Positions 29,280-49,281 of a DNA stretch of 64,000 nucleotides are shown piece after piece (within the stretch, counting starts at the first letter, position 1; each line of letters starts with the position of its first letter). The notes under the pieces are model-generated. The model did not search any database. It was not told the DNA's origin and worked only from the letters and a program-made list of their open reading frames with translations. Source of the DNA: an uncultured Chloroflexia bacterium. Lineage in GTDB: Bacteria > Chloroflexota > Ktedonobacteria > Ktedonobacterales > JADMIN01. The stretch spans positions 7,879-71,878 of the forward strand of contig CAWIYP010000017.1 in assembly GCA_963840335.1 (NCBI GenBank), read 5' to 3'. The position numbers and the translations under genes are program-made.

Positions 29280-30230
29280 CACACCCTGCGGTATTTTTGC
29301 GCCCACTGACGGGCATGGAGCGCAAAGCGCCGCTGGCGATTCTCAACACCGGCCCGTGGATGCGGAGCGACCACTCCTACGAGCAAGTATTTCTCTGGCC
29401 CTGAGTATACACGATAGAGCAAGTCCCCGTTCAACCCGAACGAAGAGCGGACCTGCTCTCTTCATGCGTGCGCAGCAGTCAGTCTCGTGGGCTGAAAGTC
29501 CTCCGTAGGCCGCGCCCTGTGACGAAGCGTGAGCGGCATTCGATGTCACTCATATATCGGCAGGAAAGTAGCGCGATGAACACGGTCTGCGACGATCTCG
29601 TGAACATTCAAGGCCTCTCGACAGGGAGGCCTGTCATGCGTTCAGTCATGCGTCCCGGTTAGCCTGGAGGCTCCGGGCCATGCGCATGTTCCCTCGCGCC
29701 GGTGCATGCGTCACTCGCGGCGCCCAGGCGCAGTATGTCGCTCTTACCCGGTTTCGTCAAGCTCAGCCATCGCAAGCGTTCCCGCGCACGACACACGTTC
29801 CCCAATGCTGTGGATGTCGCGCACGGCGGCGCCCCGCCCGTTCAACGTGGCCGCATGCGGCTTCCAGGCCGCTGACCCCGCGTCATCGCGCCAGGCCATC
29901 CCGATGTCGTCTCGCGCGGCATCATGTCGCACCGTTCAGAATCCACGGCGCCGTAGCGCGTCTCGCGCGTCGAGCGCGTCCATCGCGAATCCAGACAGGT
30001 CAGCCATTCCAGTCATCACGAAGGTCAGTTCCGGTCATCGGGTCGTTCCGGCAGCAAGTACACCCGTTTGAAGCGCAGTGTCCCCAGCGTCTTCCGTGCG
30101 TCGTGTGTGTATGGCATCGTATCGGGCGTTGTGCGCCCCGCACGAGCTATCCGCTCGCGGGTGTCGCGGGTCGCGGCATGGGGGCGCCAGCCCGCATCGT
30201 AGGGCGACTGGCGAGAGGAGTATTCATCAC

Positions 30231-33701
<3,471 letters not shown>

Positions 33702-33869
33702 CGGCGAGAGTCGAATTGCGCCGCTACCGAACCGCGACGCGAGAGGAGTGCGGGCCTCTCGCGTCGCCGGAGCGACGCCAGCAACTGTGGTCCCGCGGCG
33801 CCAACAGCCGGCAGAGTGTCCGGTAGGCATTAGGAAAGGAGACAGGCGCGGTGGTCATCCTCAGACGAG

Positions 33870-38267
<4,398 letters not shown>

Positions 38268-38305
38268 TGTTAAGATTCCACATCGTGCGTCAGATGTACT
38301 CTAGC

Positions 38306-38338
38306 GGCGCCATACCCTCCACACGGAGGGCTGGCGCC
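38306..38338 (+). terminator. GC-rich stem-loop downstream of rpoC
   Basis: GGCGCCAUACCCUCC-ACAC-GGAGGGCUGGCGCC. No U-tract, so it may be an attenuator or processing site rather than a terminator. Confidence 0.3.
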
Positions 38339-38443
38339 GCGGGTACCTCGAGTCGCGGGCGATGCGGATGCGACGCCTGAACAACGCCTGGCGTGGGTCG
38401 GGCGTCGTGAGGCTTGTCACGACGAAGACGTAAGGAGTTTCCC

Positions 38444-38881
38444 TTGCCGACGATCAATCAGCTGGTGCGCAAGGGCCGGAACAAGAAGACCAAGAAGAGC
38501 AAAGCGCCGGCGCTGCAATTCAGCTACAACAGCCACAAGAATCGCACACTGAAGATTCCAGGTGGCGCGCCGCAGAAGCGCGGCGTCTGCACGCAGGTCA
38601 AGACGATGACGCCGAAGAAGCCAAACTCGGCGTTGCGCAAGATCGCCCGTGTGCGCCTGACCAACCATCAGGAAGTCACGGCGTACATTCCTGGCGAGGG
38701 TCACAACCTCCAGGAGCACTCGGTGGTGCTCATCCGCGGTGGCCGCGTGAAGGACTTGCCGAGCGTGCGCTATCACATCGTGCGCGGCGCGCTCGATAGC
38801 CTGGGCGTGGACAAGCGCCGCCAGGGCCGGTCGAAGTACGGCGCGAAGCGACCGAAGGCTGGCGCTGCCGCCAAGCGCTAA
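38444..38881 (+). CDS. rpsL: 30S ribosomal protein S12
   Basis: [11 protein letters not shown]...[10 protein letters not shown]...[18 protein letters not shown] start after AAGGAG. Confidence 0.95.
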   Translation: MPTINQLVRKGRNKKTKKSKAPALQFSYNSHKNRTLKIPGGAPQKRGVCTQVKTMTPKKPNSALRKIARVRLTNHQEVTAYIPGEGHNLQEHSVVLIRGGRVKDLPSVRYHIVRGALDSLGVDKRRQGRSKYGAKRPKAGAAAKR

Positions 38882-39324
38882 ACACGCTGGCCGCGCGAGC
38901 GCATCGCGAACGAATTCAGATACATCCGCGCTGAAACCAGTGACGGAACGCCAGATCACATCGGGCGTCTCGGCGCCAGGTCGGCCAAAATACCACGGCT
39001 GCGCGCGAGGCGGCGCCTTCATTCGACGCCCACCACGGCACGCGGCATGTCAGACGACCTCCCTGCGGTTGCGACCAGACGAACAGGATGGCCAGCGACC
39101 AGCATCTCAGCGGTGGCGGCTCACACGAGCGACGTCGTGCGAGTCATGGGGAAAGGCGTTTGACGGTGGGGCGCCGGGGCAATTTGCCCTGGGCCCCTTT
39201 GCGCTGTCTGCGACGCCAGGGCCGACAAAGTAGCCTGCGTTGCGGCGCGTGACAGCGCGTATTCTGCGTCAGTTGGGCATTTGAGTGGGTTTTATTCGCC
39301 CGCGCCAGAGGAGATGTGTAGCGT

Positions 39325-39798
39325 ATGCCGCGACGTGCCAAGGTTCAGCATCGTCCTGTGCTGCCTGATCCAAAGTACAACAACAAAAACGTGACTCGCC
39401 TGGTTGGTCGCCTCATGTGGGACGGCAAGCGCAGCCTGGCGGAGCGCATCGTGTATCAGGCGCTGGAATTGGTGGAACAGCGCGCGAAGCGGAACCCGAT
39501 CGAGGTGTATGAGCAGGCTCTACGCGCTGCGACACCGATGATCGAGGTCAAGCCACGTCGCGTCGGCGGCGCCACCTATCAGGTGCCAGTCGAAATTCGT
39601 GGCGAGCGCAAGACCGCGCTCGCGATGCGATGGCTCATCGCCTCTTCGCGCAACCGCGCCGGTGGCCGCTCGATGGCGGAGAAACTGGCGGCGGAGTTGA
39701 TGGATGCCGCCGCTGGACAGGGCGCGACCATCCGCAAGCGTGAAGAGACACATAAGATGGCGGAGTCCAACCGGGCTTTCGCGCACTATCGCTACTAG
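39325..39798 (+). CDS. rpsG: 30S ribosomal protein S7
   Basis: [20 protein letters not shown]...[10 protein letters not shown]. Confidence 0.95.
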   Translation: MPRRAKVQHRPVLPDPKYNNKNVTRLVGRLMWDGKRSLAERIVYQALELVEQRAKRNPIEVYEQALRAATPMIEVKPRRVGGATYQVPVEIRGERKTALAMRWLIASSRNRAGGRSMAEKLAAELMDAAAGQGATIRKREETHKMAESNRAFAHYRY

Positions 39799-39830
39799 TC
39801 GCCACAAGCGACAGACCACTGAGGGAGCAC

Positions 39831-41932
39831 ATGGCCGGCAGAGAATATCCCCTCGAACGAACGCGCAATATCGGAATCATTGCGCATATCGATGCGGGGA
39901 AGACAACGACCACGGAACGGATTCTCTTCTACACCAAGAAGATTCACCGCATTGGTGAGGTGCATGAAGGGGCCGCTACGATGGACTGGATGCCCCAGGA
40001 GCAGGAGCGCGGCATTACCATTACGTCCGCCGCGACGACCTGTTTCTGGCTGGATCATCGCATCAATATCATTGACACTCCAGGTCACGTAGACTTCACC
40101 GCCGAGGTCGAACGTTCTCTGCGCGTGCTGGATGGCGGCGTCGTGGTGTTCGACGCGGTCGCTGGCGTGGAGCCGCAGTCCGAGACTGTCTGGCGCCAGG
40201 CTGACAAGTATCATGTGCCGCGCATCTGCTTCGTGAACAAGATGGATCGCATCGGCGCGAACTACTGGCGCACGGTCGAGATGATCAAAGAGCGCCTGAA
40301 CGCGAAGCCCGCGCCTATCCAGATTCCGATTGGCAGCGAGTCCGCGTTCAAGGGCTTCGTAGATGTCATCGAGCAGGAGGCGGTCATCTTCGTTGATGAC
40401 CTGGGCACGAAGTCCGAGTCAGCCGCGATTCCGGCGGACCTGGTGGACGAAGCGAAGCAGCGCCGCGAGGAGTTGATCGAGGCGGTGGCTGAGACGGACG
40501 AGGACCTCATGATGAAGTACCTCGAAAGCGAGCCGATCAGCAACGATGAGATTCGCAAGGCCCTGCGCGCCGCGACCATCAAGAGCCAGCTCGTGCCGGT
40601 GCTGTGCGGTTCGTCGCTGAAGAACAAGGGCGTCCAGGCGATGCTCGACGCGGTCATCGCGTACTTGCCTTCGCCGCTCGAAATCCCAGCGCCGACCGCC
40701 ATCAGCCTCGACGATGACAGTGAGGCCCCGCTGCTCGTCTCTGACGACGGCAAGTTCGTGGCGCTGGCGTTCAAGATCGTGGCCGACCCATTCGTTGGGC
40801 GTCTCTGCTACTTCCGCGTGTATTCAGGCACCCTGAGCAAGGGCACCAACGTCTACAACGCGGCCAAGGGCAAGCGCGAGCGCATCAGCCGCCTGCTGCA
40901 GATGCACGCGAATCACCGCGAAGACATCGACATGATCTATTCCGGTGACATCTGCGCCGCCGTCGGTCTGAAGGATACCTTCACCGGCGACACGCTCTGC
41001 GATCCCGATCATCCGGTGTTGCTGGAGAATATCGTCTTCCCGACGCCGGTGATCGCCATCGCCATCGAGCCGAGGACCCGCGCCGACCAGGACAAGATGG
41101 GCATCGCCCTCCAGCGCCTGGCCGAAGAAGACCCGACGTTCCGTGTCCACACTGACCAGGAGACGGGGCAGACGATCATCGAAGGCATGGGCGAGCTGCA
41201 TCTCGATGTGCTCGTTGACCGCATGTCGCGCGAGTTCAAGGTCGAGGCGAACATCGGTCGCCCGCAGGTCGCCTACCGCGAGACGATCTCGAAGACCGCG
41301 CAGGCCGAGGGTCGCTTCATCCGCCAGTCGGGTGGTCGCGGCCAGTACGGCGATGTGTGGATTCGCGTCGAGCCGCTGGAGCGCGGCAAGGGCTTCGAGT
41401 TCGTGAACGGCGTCGTCGGCGGCACGGTGCCGAAAGAGTTCATCAAGCCGACCGAGGAAGGCGTGCGTGAGGCCCGCGAGGCGGGTGTCTTCGCTGGCTT
41501 CCAGATCGTTGATGTGCGCGCGACCCTGTACGATGGCTCCTACCACGAGGTTGACTCGTCTGAGATGGCGTTTAAAACCGCTGGCTCGATGGGCTTCCGC
41601 GCGGCGTGCGAGAAGGCTGGCCCAGTGCTGCTGGAGCCGATCATGAAGATCGAAGTCACCACCCCGCAGGACTTCTACGGCGATGTCGTGGGTGACATCA
41701 CCCGTCGGCGTGGCCAGGTGACGGGTATGGAAGAGCGCGGCTGGCGCGCAGGTGCTGCGGGCGCTCGCTCCACTGGCCGAAATGTTCGGCTACGTGAACG
41801 ATCTGCGCTCCATGACCAGTGGGCGCGCAGCGTACACGATGGAATTCTCGCACTACGAGGAGACGCCGAGAGAACATCGCCGACGAAGTGAAGGCGAAGT
41901 CTTCCGGCAAGGTCGTGCGGGCGCAGCAATAA
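39831..41932 (+). CDS. fusA: Elongation factor G, with 2 apparent 1-nt insertions near the 3' end
   Basis: [22 protein letters not shown]; DTPGHVDF. The C-terminal sense ([47 protein letters not shown]...) requires frame switches near 41742 and 41872. Span length is 3n+2. Confidence 0.93.
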
Positions 41933-42109
41933 ACGACTGCGTTCGCGGCGAAGTCGCGGCGCGGTCGAGGCGTGGCCAGCGAGGCCATGCCACTGCCATC
42001 GCGCCCGGCTCCGACCCAGACGATACGGCGGCCATGGCGCTAAGACGCCGAAGCCGCGAGAGGCGCGCGGTAGCCAATCGCGACGCCCACTGAGGAGACA
42101 GACAGGAAC

Positions 42110-43315
<1,206 letters not shown>

Positions 43316-43322
43316 CGCAGCA

Positions 43323-43358
43323 GGAAGCCCCGTTCCCAGCAATGGGAGCGGGGCTTCC
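43323..43358 (+). terminator. Stem-loop immediately after tuf
   Basis: GGAAGCCCCG (43323-43332) pairs with CGGGGCTTCC (43349-43358), a perfect 10-bp stem. No U-tract. Confidence 0.4.
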
Positions 43359-43543
43359 CGCGTAGCGCATCCGATGCGAATGGATCGCCCGAGGGACGGC
43401 GCGCAACCAGACAACTGGGTACGCCGCGTGCTTCCAGAGGCGCTCCGCTCGTCAATACCAGATGCGCCCTGTCTATGGCTGATGTCGCGCGGCCGCTGAC
43501 GGCGCACTGCGCACAACTACATCGCGACAAAGAGAGAGTGGGT

Positions 43544-43867
43544 ATGGCGACCACAACCAAACAGCGCATCCGCATCCGGCTACGGGCATATGACCACCGG
43601 ATTCTGGATCAATCGGCGAAGCAGATCGTCGATACCGCCCAGCATACTGGCGCGCGTGTCTCGGGGCCAGTGCCGCTGCCAACCGAAATCGCGAAGTGGA
43701 CCGTCCTGCGGTCTCCCTTCATCGACAAGGATTCCCGCGAGCAGTTCGAGATCCGCACACACAAGCGGCTGATCGACATCGTGGATCCGAATCCGAAGAC
43801 TGTGGATGCCCTCACACGCCTGAACCTTCCGGCGGGTGTTGACATCGAGATCAAGCTGAACTACTAA
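43544..43867 (+). CDS. rpsJ: 30S ribosomal protein S10
   Basis: [26 protein letters not shown]...[13 protein letters not shown]. Internal ATG of ORF 43475..43867. Confidence 0.95.
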   Translation: MATTTKQRIRIRLRAYDHRILDQSAKQIVDTAQHTGARVSGPVPLPTEIAKWTVLRSPFIDKDSREQFEIRTHKRLIDIVDPNPKTVDALTRLNLPAGVDIEIKLNY

Positions 43868-44184
43868 GCGAATGAACGGGTTGCGCGGCGTCGCGCCCGT
43901 CCGCGTCTGAGCGGATGGGACACACGCTAGCGCAATGAGCCGACAAGTGGGCGTCGGCACGAGGGGCAAGAGGCTCGGATGGGCGCATCGGTGGCGAACA
44001 GGCGCAGGCCTGCGTCGCCGGAGACATGCGCCACGTGTCTGCGAGTGAACGCTTTCGAGCGTGAGAGCCTCGCGGGCACGCAGCTAGCAGGGGTACACAT
44101 CGCTCAATGAGGAGCGTGCGTGCGTTGGCCAGCAGAACGAGCGCCAGGCGCCTCGTGATACGCGCGCCCAGGAGAATCAGGGCA

Positions 44185-45055
44185 ATGTTGAGTGGATTGC
44201 TTGGCCGCAAGGTGGGCATGACCCAGGTCTTTACGGCCAGTGGCGTCGCCATTCCGGTCACCGTGATCGAAGCTGGCCCGTGCGTCGTGACGCAAGTGCG
44301 CACGATGGTGAAGGACGGCTACGAGGCGGCGCAGATCGGCTTTGGCGAGAAGAGTGAGAAGCACGAGACGCGCCCGATGCTAGGGCATCTAGGGCACGAG
44401 CTCAAGCCGACCGAGCGCCAGCGCGCGCAGCAGCAGAAGCAGAGCGCGAACGCCCGGCAGGAAGCGCGCCGCAAGGCGTCTGAGAAGGCCGAGGACGCCA
44501 ACGCCGAGACCGCCGCTGACGAGGCCGAGGCTGCGGGCGAGCAGGGCAAGGGCAATCGCGGGTCGCGCGCGTCGTCGTGGCGCCGCGACGGCGATGGGGC
44601 CTTTCCAGCTCCTGCGCGAGGTCAAGGTCATCGATGGCGATCAGCCAGAGGTTGGCGCCGTCATCAAGGTGGACATGTTCAGCGAAGGCGAGCAGGTTGA
44701 CCTGATCGGCACCTCGAAGGGCAAAGGCTTCGCGGGTGTGATGAAGCGCCACGGCTTCCGTGGTGGCCCACGCACGCACGGTCAGTCTGACCGCGCGCGC
44801 CGCCCCGGCTCGATTGGCCCCGGCACCACGCCAGGCCGTGTCTACAAGGGCACGCGCATGGCTGGCCGCATGGGCACTGATCGCGTGACGGTCAAGGAAC
44901 TGGAAATCGTACAGGCCGACCCTGAGCGCAACCTGCTCGTCATCAAGGGTTCGGTTCCTGGGCCGAACGGCGGCATCGTGCTCATTCGCAAGAGCGCCGG
45001 TCAGTTGGCGCTAGCCGCTCGGAGCGCGGGCAAAGCCGCGCGCAAGCAGGCTTAG
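44185..45055 (+). CDS. rplC: 50S ribosomal protein L3, with an about 65-aa charged insertion and 1 apparent frameshift
   Basis: [16 protein letters not shown]...[12 protein letters not shown], then the insertion ([35 protein letters not shown]...), then [10 protein letters not shown]...[14 protein letters not shown]. The frame switches around 44560-44595. Span length is 3n+1. Confidence 0.9.
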
Positions 45056-45077
45056 AGCGGGGTGAGGAGTACAGAAG

Positions 45078-45800
45078 ATGCCATCCGCGAACGTCTATGA
45101 TATGGAGGGCCAGATCCTCCGCGAAGCACATCTGGATAGCTACGTCTTCGGCGCCCCGATCAACACAGCCGTGCTGCATCAGGTCGTGACGGCGCAGTTC
45201 GTCAACCGCCGCCAGGGCACAGCCTCGACCAAGACCCGCTCATTCGTGAGTGGTGGCAACAGCAAGCCCTATCGCCAGAAGGGCACTGGTCGCGCCCGCC
45301 AGGGTTCGACGCGCTCGCCACAATGGCGCGGTGGCGGCAGTGTCTTTGGCCCGCGCCCGCACACCTACGACCGCGCGCTGCCGCGTCGCATGAAGCGCCT
45401 GGCGATTCGCTCGGCGCTCTCTGACAAGGTCGCCAATGGCCGTCTGCTGCTGATGGAGAGCCTGACATTCGAGGCGCCGCGCACGAAGGACATGGAAGCG
45501 TTGCTCAACGCCCTGCCCATCGAGCGCAACGTACTCATGCTGATGCCAGAGCGCGACGAGAACGTGATCTACTCCGCGCGCAACATCCACCGCGTGAAGA
45601 TGGGGCATGTCTCCTCGATCAACGTGGTCGAGTTGCTGAAGTATGACATGGTGCTGATGCCCGTCGCGACGGTCGAACGGATTGTCGAGATGTTCGGCGC
45701 CGAGGCCGACGACGCGCTCGTCGCCAAGCGCCACCCGCGCGCCGCTGCCCGCCGTAAGGCTCGCCGCGAGATGGAAGCCGCCGCACAGGCGAGAGGATAG
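45078..45800 (+). CDS. rplD: 50S ribosomal protein L4
   Basis: [41 protein letters not shown]. Lys/Arg/Ala-rich C-terminal extension. Confidence 0.95.
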   Translation: MPSANVYDMEGQILREAHLDSYVFGAPINTAVLHQVVTAQFVNRRQGTASTKTRSFVSGGNSKPYRQKGTGRARQGSTRSPQWRGGGSVFGPRPHTYDRALPRRMKRLAIRSALSDKVANGRLLLMESLTFEAPRTKDMEALLNALPIERNVLMLMPERDENVIYSARNIHRVKMGHVSSINVVELLKYDMVLMPVATVERIVEMFGAEADDALVAKRHPRAAARRKARREMEAAAQARG

Positions 45801-45806
45801 ACGACG

Positions 45807-46124
45807 ATGGAAATTACCGAGGTCATCAAGCAGGGCCACATCACCGAAAAGAGTGTGACGCTGCAGAATACGACGACCCCCACCGGAGTCGTCATTCCGC
45901 GCTACACCTTTGTCGTGGCCCTCGAAGCCAACAAGCACGAGATTCGCATGGCGGTCGAGCAGATCTTCAACGTGAAGGTCGTCCGCGTGAACACCATGCG
46001 CATGCCAGGCAAGCCGCACATGCTGCGCACTCGCAAGGGCGTCTATAACAAAGAAGCGCGCCCGTGGAAAAAGGCGATTGTGACGTTGGCCGAAGGCCAG
46101 TCCATCGCGGAGTTGCAGGCGTAA
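45807..46124 (+). CDS. rplW: 50S ribosomal protein L23
   Basis: ITEKSVTL...KHEIRMAVEQIFNVKVVRVNT. Position between rplD and rplB. Confidence 0.93.
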   Translation: MEITEVIKQGHITEKSVTLQNTTTPTGVVIPRYTFVVALEANKHEIRMAVEQIFNVKVVRVNTMRMPGKPHMLRTRKGVYNKEARPWKKAIVTLAEGQSIAELQA

Positions 46125-46145
46125 GCCGCGCTGGGGAGTATACGC

Positions 46146-46982
46146 ATGCCTATTCGCAATTACAAGCCGACGTCCCCAGGGCGGCGCGGCATGTCGGTCT
46201 CCACATTTGAGGAGATCACACGTTCAAAGCCTGAGCGCTCACTGCTGCGCAAGCAGATCTCGAAGGCCGGGCGCAACAACCAGGGCCGCATCACCTCGCG
46301 GCATCGTGGCGGCGGCGTGAAGCAGCGCTACCGCATCATCGACTTCAAGCGCAACAAGTTCGGTGTGCCAGCGAAGGTCTTCTCCATCGAGTATGACCCG
46401 AACCGCTCGGCCCGCATCGCCTTGCTGCACTATGTGGATGGCGAGAAGCGCTACATCATCGCCCCCAACGGCCTCAAGGTCGGCGACCGCGTGATGAGTG
46501 GCCCCGACGCCGAGATTCGCGTGGGCAACGCCCTGCCGATGAAGAACATCCCGACCGGCACCGTGATCCACAATATCGAGCTGTATATCGGCAAGGGTGG
46601 CCAGATCGTCCGCAGCGCGGGCGCCGCCGCCCAGTTGATGGCGAAGGAAGGCGACTACGCGCAGGTGCGCTTGCCCTCTGGTGAGCAGCGCCTCGTCAAC
46701 GTCAACTGCATGGCGACCATCGGCCAGGTGGGCAACCTGGATCACGAGAACATCAACCTCGGTAAAGCGGGACGCTCGCGCTACCTGGGCCGCCGCCCGC
46801 ATGTGCGTGGCTCGGTGATGAATCCCGTGGATCACCCGCATGGTGGTGGTGAGGGCCGCGCGCCGATCGGTGGCCAGCCACAGACCCCCTGGGGTCAGCC
46901 GGCGATGGGCTACCGCACGCGCCACAACAAGCGCACTGATAAGTTCATTGTCCGGCGGCGCAACGCCGGTAGGGGCCGCTAG
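46146..46982 (+). CDS. rplB: 50S ribosomal protein L2
   Basis: [18 protein letters not shown]...[17 protein letters not shown]. Confidence 0.97.
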   Translation: MPIRNYKPTSPGRRGMSVSTFEEITRSKPERSLLRKQISKAGRNNQGRITSRHRGGGVKQRYRIIDFKRNKFGVPAKVFSIEYDPNRSARIALLHYVDGEKRYIIAPNGLKVGDRVMSGPDAEIRVGNALPMKNIPTGTVIHNIELYIGKGGQIVRSAGAAAQLMAKEGDYAQVRLPSGEQRLVNVNCMATIGQVGNLDHENINLGKAGRSRYLGRRPHVRGSVMNPVDHPHGGGEGRAPIGGQPQTPWGQPAMGYRTRHNKRTDKFIVRRRNAGRGR

Positions 46983-47006
46983 TCGACCTGAGGAGACCAG
47001 GAGCGT

Positions 47007-47294
47007 ATGTCACGTTCGACCAAGAAAGGCCCCTACATCCATCCCGCACTGCTCAAGAAGGTGCTGGCGATGGCCAAGGGCAGCGATAAGCGCGTCATCA
47101 AGACGTGGTCGCGGGCCTCGACCGTCATCCCACAGATGGTCGGCCTGACGATTGGTGTGCATAACGGTAGGCAGCATGTGCCGGTGTACCTGACCGAGAA
47201 CATGGTCGGGCACAAACTCGGCGAGTTCGCCCCGACGCGGCGCTTCCACGGCCACGCGGGCGGCAAGAGCGAGCGCACGACATCGGTGCGCTAG
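47007..47294 (+). CDS. rpsS: 30S ribosomal protein S19
   Basis: [19 protein letters not shown]...[13 protein letters not shown]. Confidence 0.96.
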   Translation: MSRSTKKGPYIHPALLKKVLAMAKGSDKRVIKTWSRASTVIPQMVGLTIGVHNGRQHVPVYLTENMVGHKLGEFAPTRRFHGHAGGKSERTTSVR

Positions 47295-47318
47295 CGTGCG
47301 GGAAGGCTAAGGGAAACG

Positions 47319-47699
47319 ATGCAGACATGGGCTATCGCCAAGAATGTGGGCCATCCCGTACGTAAGGTGCGCCGCGTGACCGACGCGATTCGCGGGCGCC
47401 GCGTAGGTGAGGCTCTGGCGATCCTGAAGTTCCTGCCGAACACGCCGGCGCGCGACGTGTACAAGGTCGTGGCGTCGGCGGCAGCGAACGCCGAAAACAA
47501 CTATCAGATGGATCCAGACGAGCTTTGGGTCACGAACGCCGTCGCGGATGAGGGTTTCACCATCAAGCGTGTCCGAGCGCGCTCACATGGTCGCTCCTCG
47601 CGCATTCTGCGGCGCAGTTCGCATATTACGGTGTATGTCTCGGATGATCCAGCCGACATTCCAGCGGGCGCGCGGCGCGCAGCCCGTCGGCAGGCGTAG
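47319..47699 (+). CDS. rplV: 50S ribosomal protein L22
   Basis: RKVRRVTDAIRGRRVGEALAILKF...SAAANAENN...RARSHGRSSRILRRSSHITV. Confidence 0.95.
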   Translation: MQTWAIAKNVGHPVRKVRRVTDAIRGRRVGEALAILKFLPNTPARDVYKVVASAAANAENNYQMDPDELWVTNAVADEGFTIKRVRARSHGRSSRILRRSSHITVYVSDDPADIPAGARRAARRQA

Positions 47700-47720
47700 T
47701 CGGTCAAAGGAGGCGCTCGA

Positions 47721-48729
47721 TTGGGGCATAAAGTAAATCCGACCGGCTTTCGTCTAGGCGTGATCGAAGGCTGGCAGTCGCGCTGGTATGCGCGACGTGA
47801 CTACAAAGATCTGCTGGCCGAGGATCGTAAGATTCGCGCGCAGATCAACAAGAAGCTCTACAACGCCGCCGTCTCGAAGATCGAGATCGAGCGCGTCGCG
47901 GGCAATATCGCTGTGACGGTGCATACGGCCAAGCCGGGCATCGTCATTGGCCGGAGTGGCGCTGAGGTCGAGAAGCTGCGGCTGGAAGTCGAAAAGGCGA
48001 CCAGCAAGAAGGTGCGCCTCAGCATCCACGAGATTCGCACGCCAGAGGTTGACGCCGTTCTGGTTGCCCGCAGCATCGCGGAGCAGCTTGAGAAGCGCGT
48101 CGCCTTCCGCCGCGCGATGAAGCAGGCTGTGCAGAAGGCCATGCGCGCCAACGCCAAGGGCATCAAGGTGGTCTGCGGCGGTCGCCTCGGCGGCGCTGAG
48201 ATCGCGCGTGTGGAGAAGGAAGTCGAGGGGAGCGTGCCGCTACAGACGCTGCGCGCCAACATCGACTACGGCCTGGCCGAAGCCCACACAACCATGGGCC
48301 TCATCGGCGTCAAGGTGTGGATCTACCACGGCGACGTGCTGCCAGAGAAGGCGCGTCAGGCTGGCCTCGGCGCCGCGCAAGCGACGCAGGTGAGCCAGAC
48401 GGGCGAGCGTCACGGTGGCGGCGAGCGTGGCGAGCGTGGCGAGCGACGTGGTGGCCCTGGTGGCGACCGACGCGGTGGCCCTCGGCGGCGACCGGCGCGG
48501 TGGCCCTGGCGGCGACCGACGCGGTGGCCCTGGTGGCGACCGACGCGGTGGCCCAGCGCGTCCCACCAGCTCCAGCGGCACAGGCATCGCCAATGCTTCG
48601 CGCCCAGTGCGACCACCACGGCCACGTCCTGAGGCCGCGCCACTGAACCCGGCCCCAGAGCCGACGGCGCCCGCTCAGCCTGAGGCATCGGCCCCAGCGG
48701 AGCCAACGACGGAATCAACGAACGAATAA
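47721..48729 (+). CDS. rpsC: 30S ribosomal protein S3, with a long Arg/Gly-repeat and Pro-rich C-terminal tail and 1 apparent frameshift inside the repeat
   Basis: [23 protein letters not shown] (TTG start), plus KH and S3-C domains. The tail [21 protein letters not shown]... stays repetitive only if 1 nt is dropped near 48483, after which it ends ...EPTTESTNE*. Span length is 3n+1. Confidence 0.92.
48450..48546 (+). repeat. 24-nt tandem repeat (GGPGGDRR unit, about 4 copies) in the rpsC tail
   Basis: GGTGGCCCTGGTGGCGACCGACGC is reiterated. The second unit carries an extra C (CCCTCGGCGGC). Confidence 0.75.
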
Positions 48730-48846
48730 ATCGCGCAGAGGACGCGCGAAGGCGTCCGACGCTCGTAGTGTTGGTCTTGGGCCGCTTCCCTCGCCCCTGG
48801 ATGAAGGGCAGGAAGCGGCAGCGGCCGACGAACTGGAGCAAGAGCC

Positions 48847-49281
48847 ATGTTACTGGCGCCAAACCGTACCAAGTACCGCAAGCAGCATCGCGGGCGCATG
48901 AAGGGAGCCGCGCACAGCGGCAATACCATCGCGTTCGGCGAGTTTGCCTTGCAAGCCCTAGAGCCTGTCTGGCTCGAAGCGCGGCAGATCGAGTCCGCTC
49001 GTATCGCCATCAACCGCTACATCCGGCGCGGTGGCAAAGTGTGGATTCGCGTCTTCCCTGACAAGCCCATCTCCGCCAAGCCAGCCGAGACGCGCATGGG
49101 TTCCGGCAAGGGCGCGCCCGACCACTGGGTCGCGGTCGTCAAGCCGGGGCGCATCATCTTCGAGCTGGGCGGCGTGCGCGAGGAAGTCGCCAAAGAGGCG
49201 ATGCGGCTCGCGTCGAACAAGCTGCCGATCAAGACCAAGTTTATCGTGCGACAGGAGGCTGAAGGTGTCGAAGCTGAGTGA
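48847..49281 (+). CDS. rplP: 50S ribosomal protein L16
   Basis: [20 protein letters not shown]. Confidence 0.96.
   Translation: MLLAPNRTKYRKQHRGRMKGAAHSGNTIAFGEFALQALEPVWLEARQIESARIAINRYIRRGGKVWIRVFPDKPISAKPAETRMGSGKGAPDHWVAVVKPGRIIFELGGVREEVAKEAMRLASNKLPIKTKFIVRQEAEGVEAE

Noticed and set aside
29485-29510. GGGCUGAAAGUCCUCCG in the rpoB upstream region resembles the GAAAGUCC core of RNase P RNA.
   Set aside because: The flanking conserved RNase P elements (GAGGAAAGUCCGGGC context, ACAGAACCCGGCUUA) are absent. An 8-nt match alone is not meaningful.
38940-39233. 97-aa ORF in the rpsL-rpsG spacer. Similar short ORFs lie in other operon spacers and in 29080-30230.
   Set aside because: Their composition (Arg/Pro/Ala/Gly-rich, for example RRPPRHAACQTTSLRLRPDEQDGQRPASQRWRL) is typical of random translation of GC-rich DNA. 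There is no RBS and no recognisable motif.
41742-41872. Possibility that the frame switches (fusA and others) are programmed ribosomal frameshifts or recoding.
   Set aside because: They occur in many unrelated genes and in both +1 and -1 sense. No slippery heptamers or stimulatory structures are evident at the junctions. None matches known programmed sites such as prfB or dnaX.
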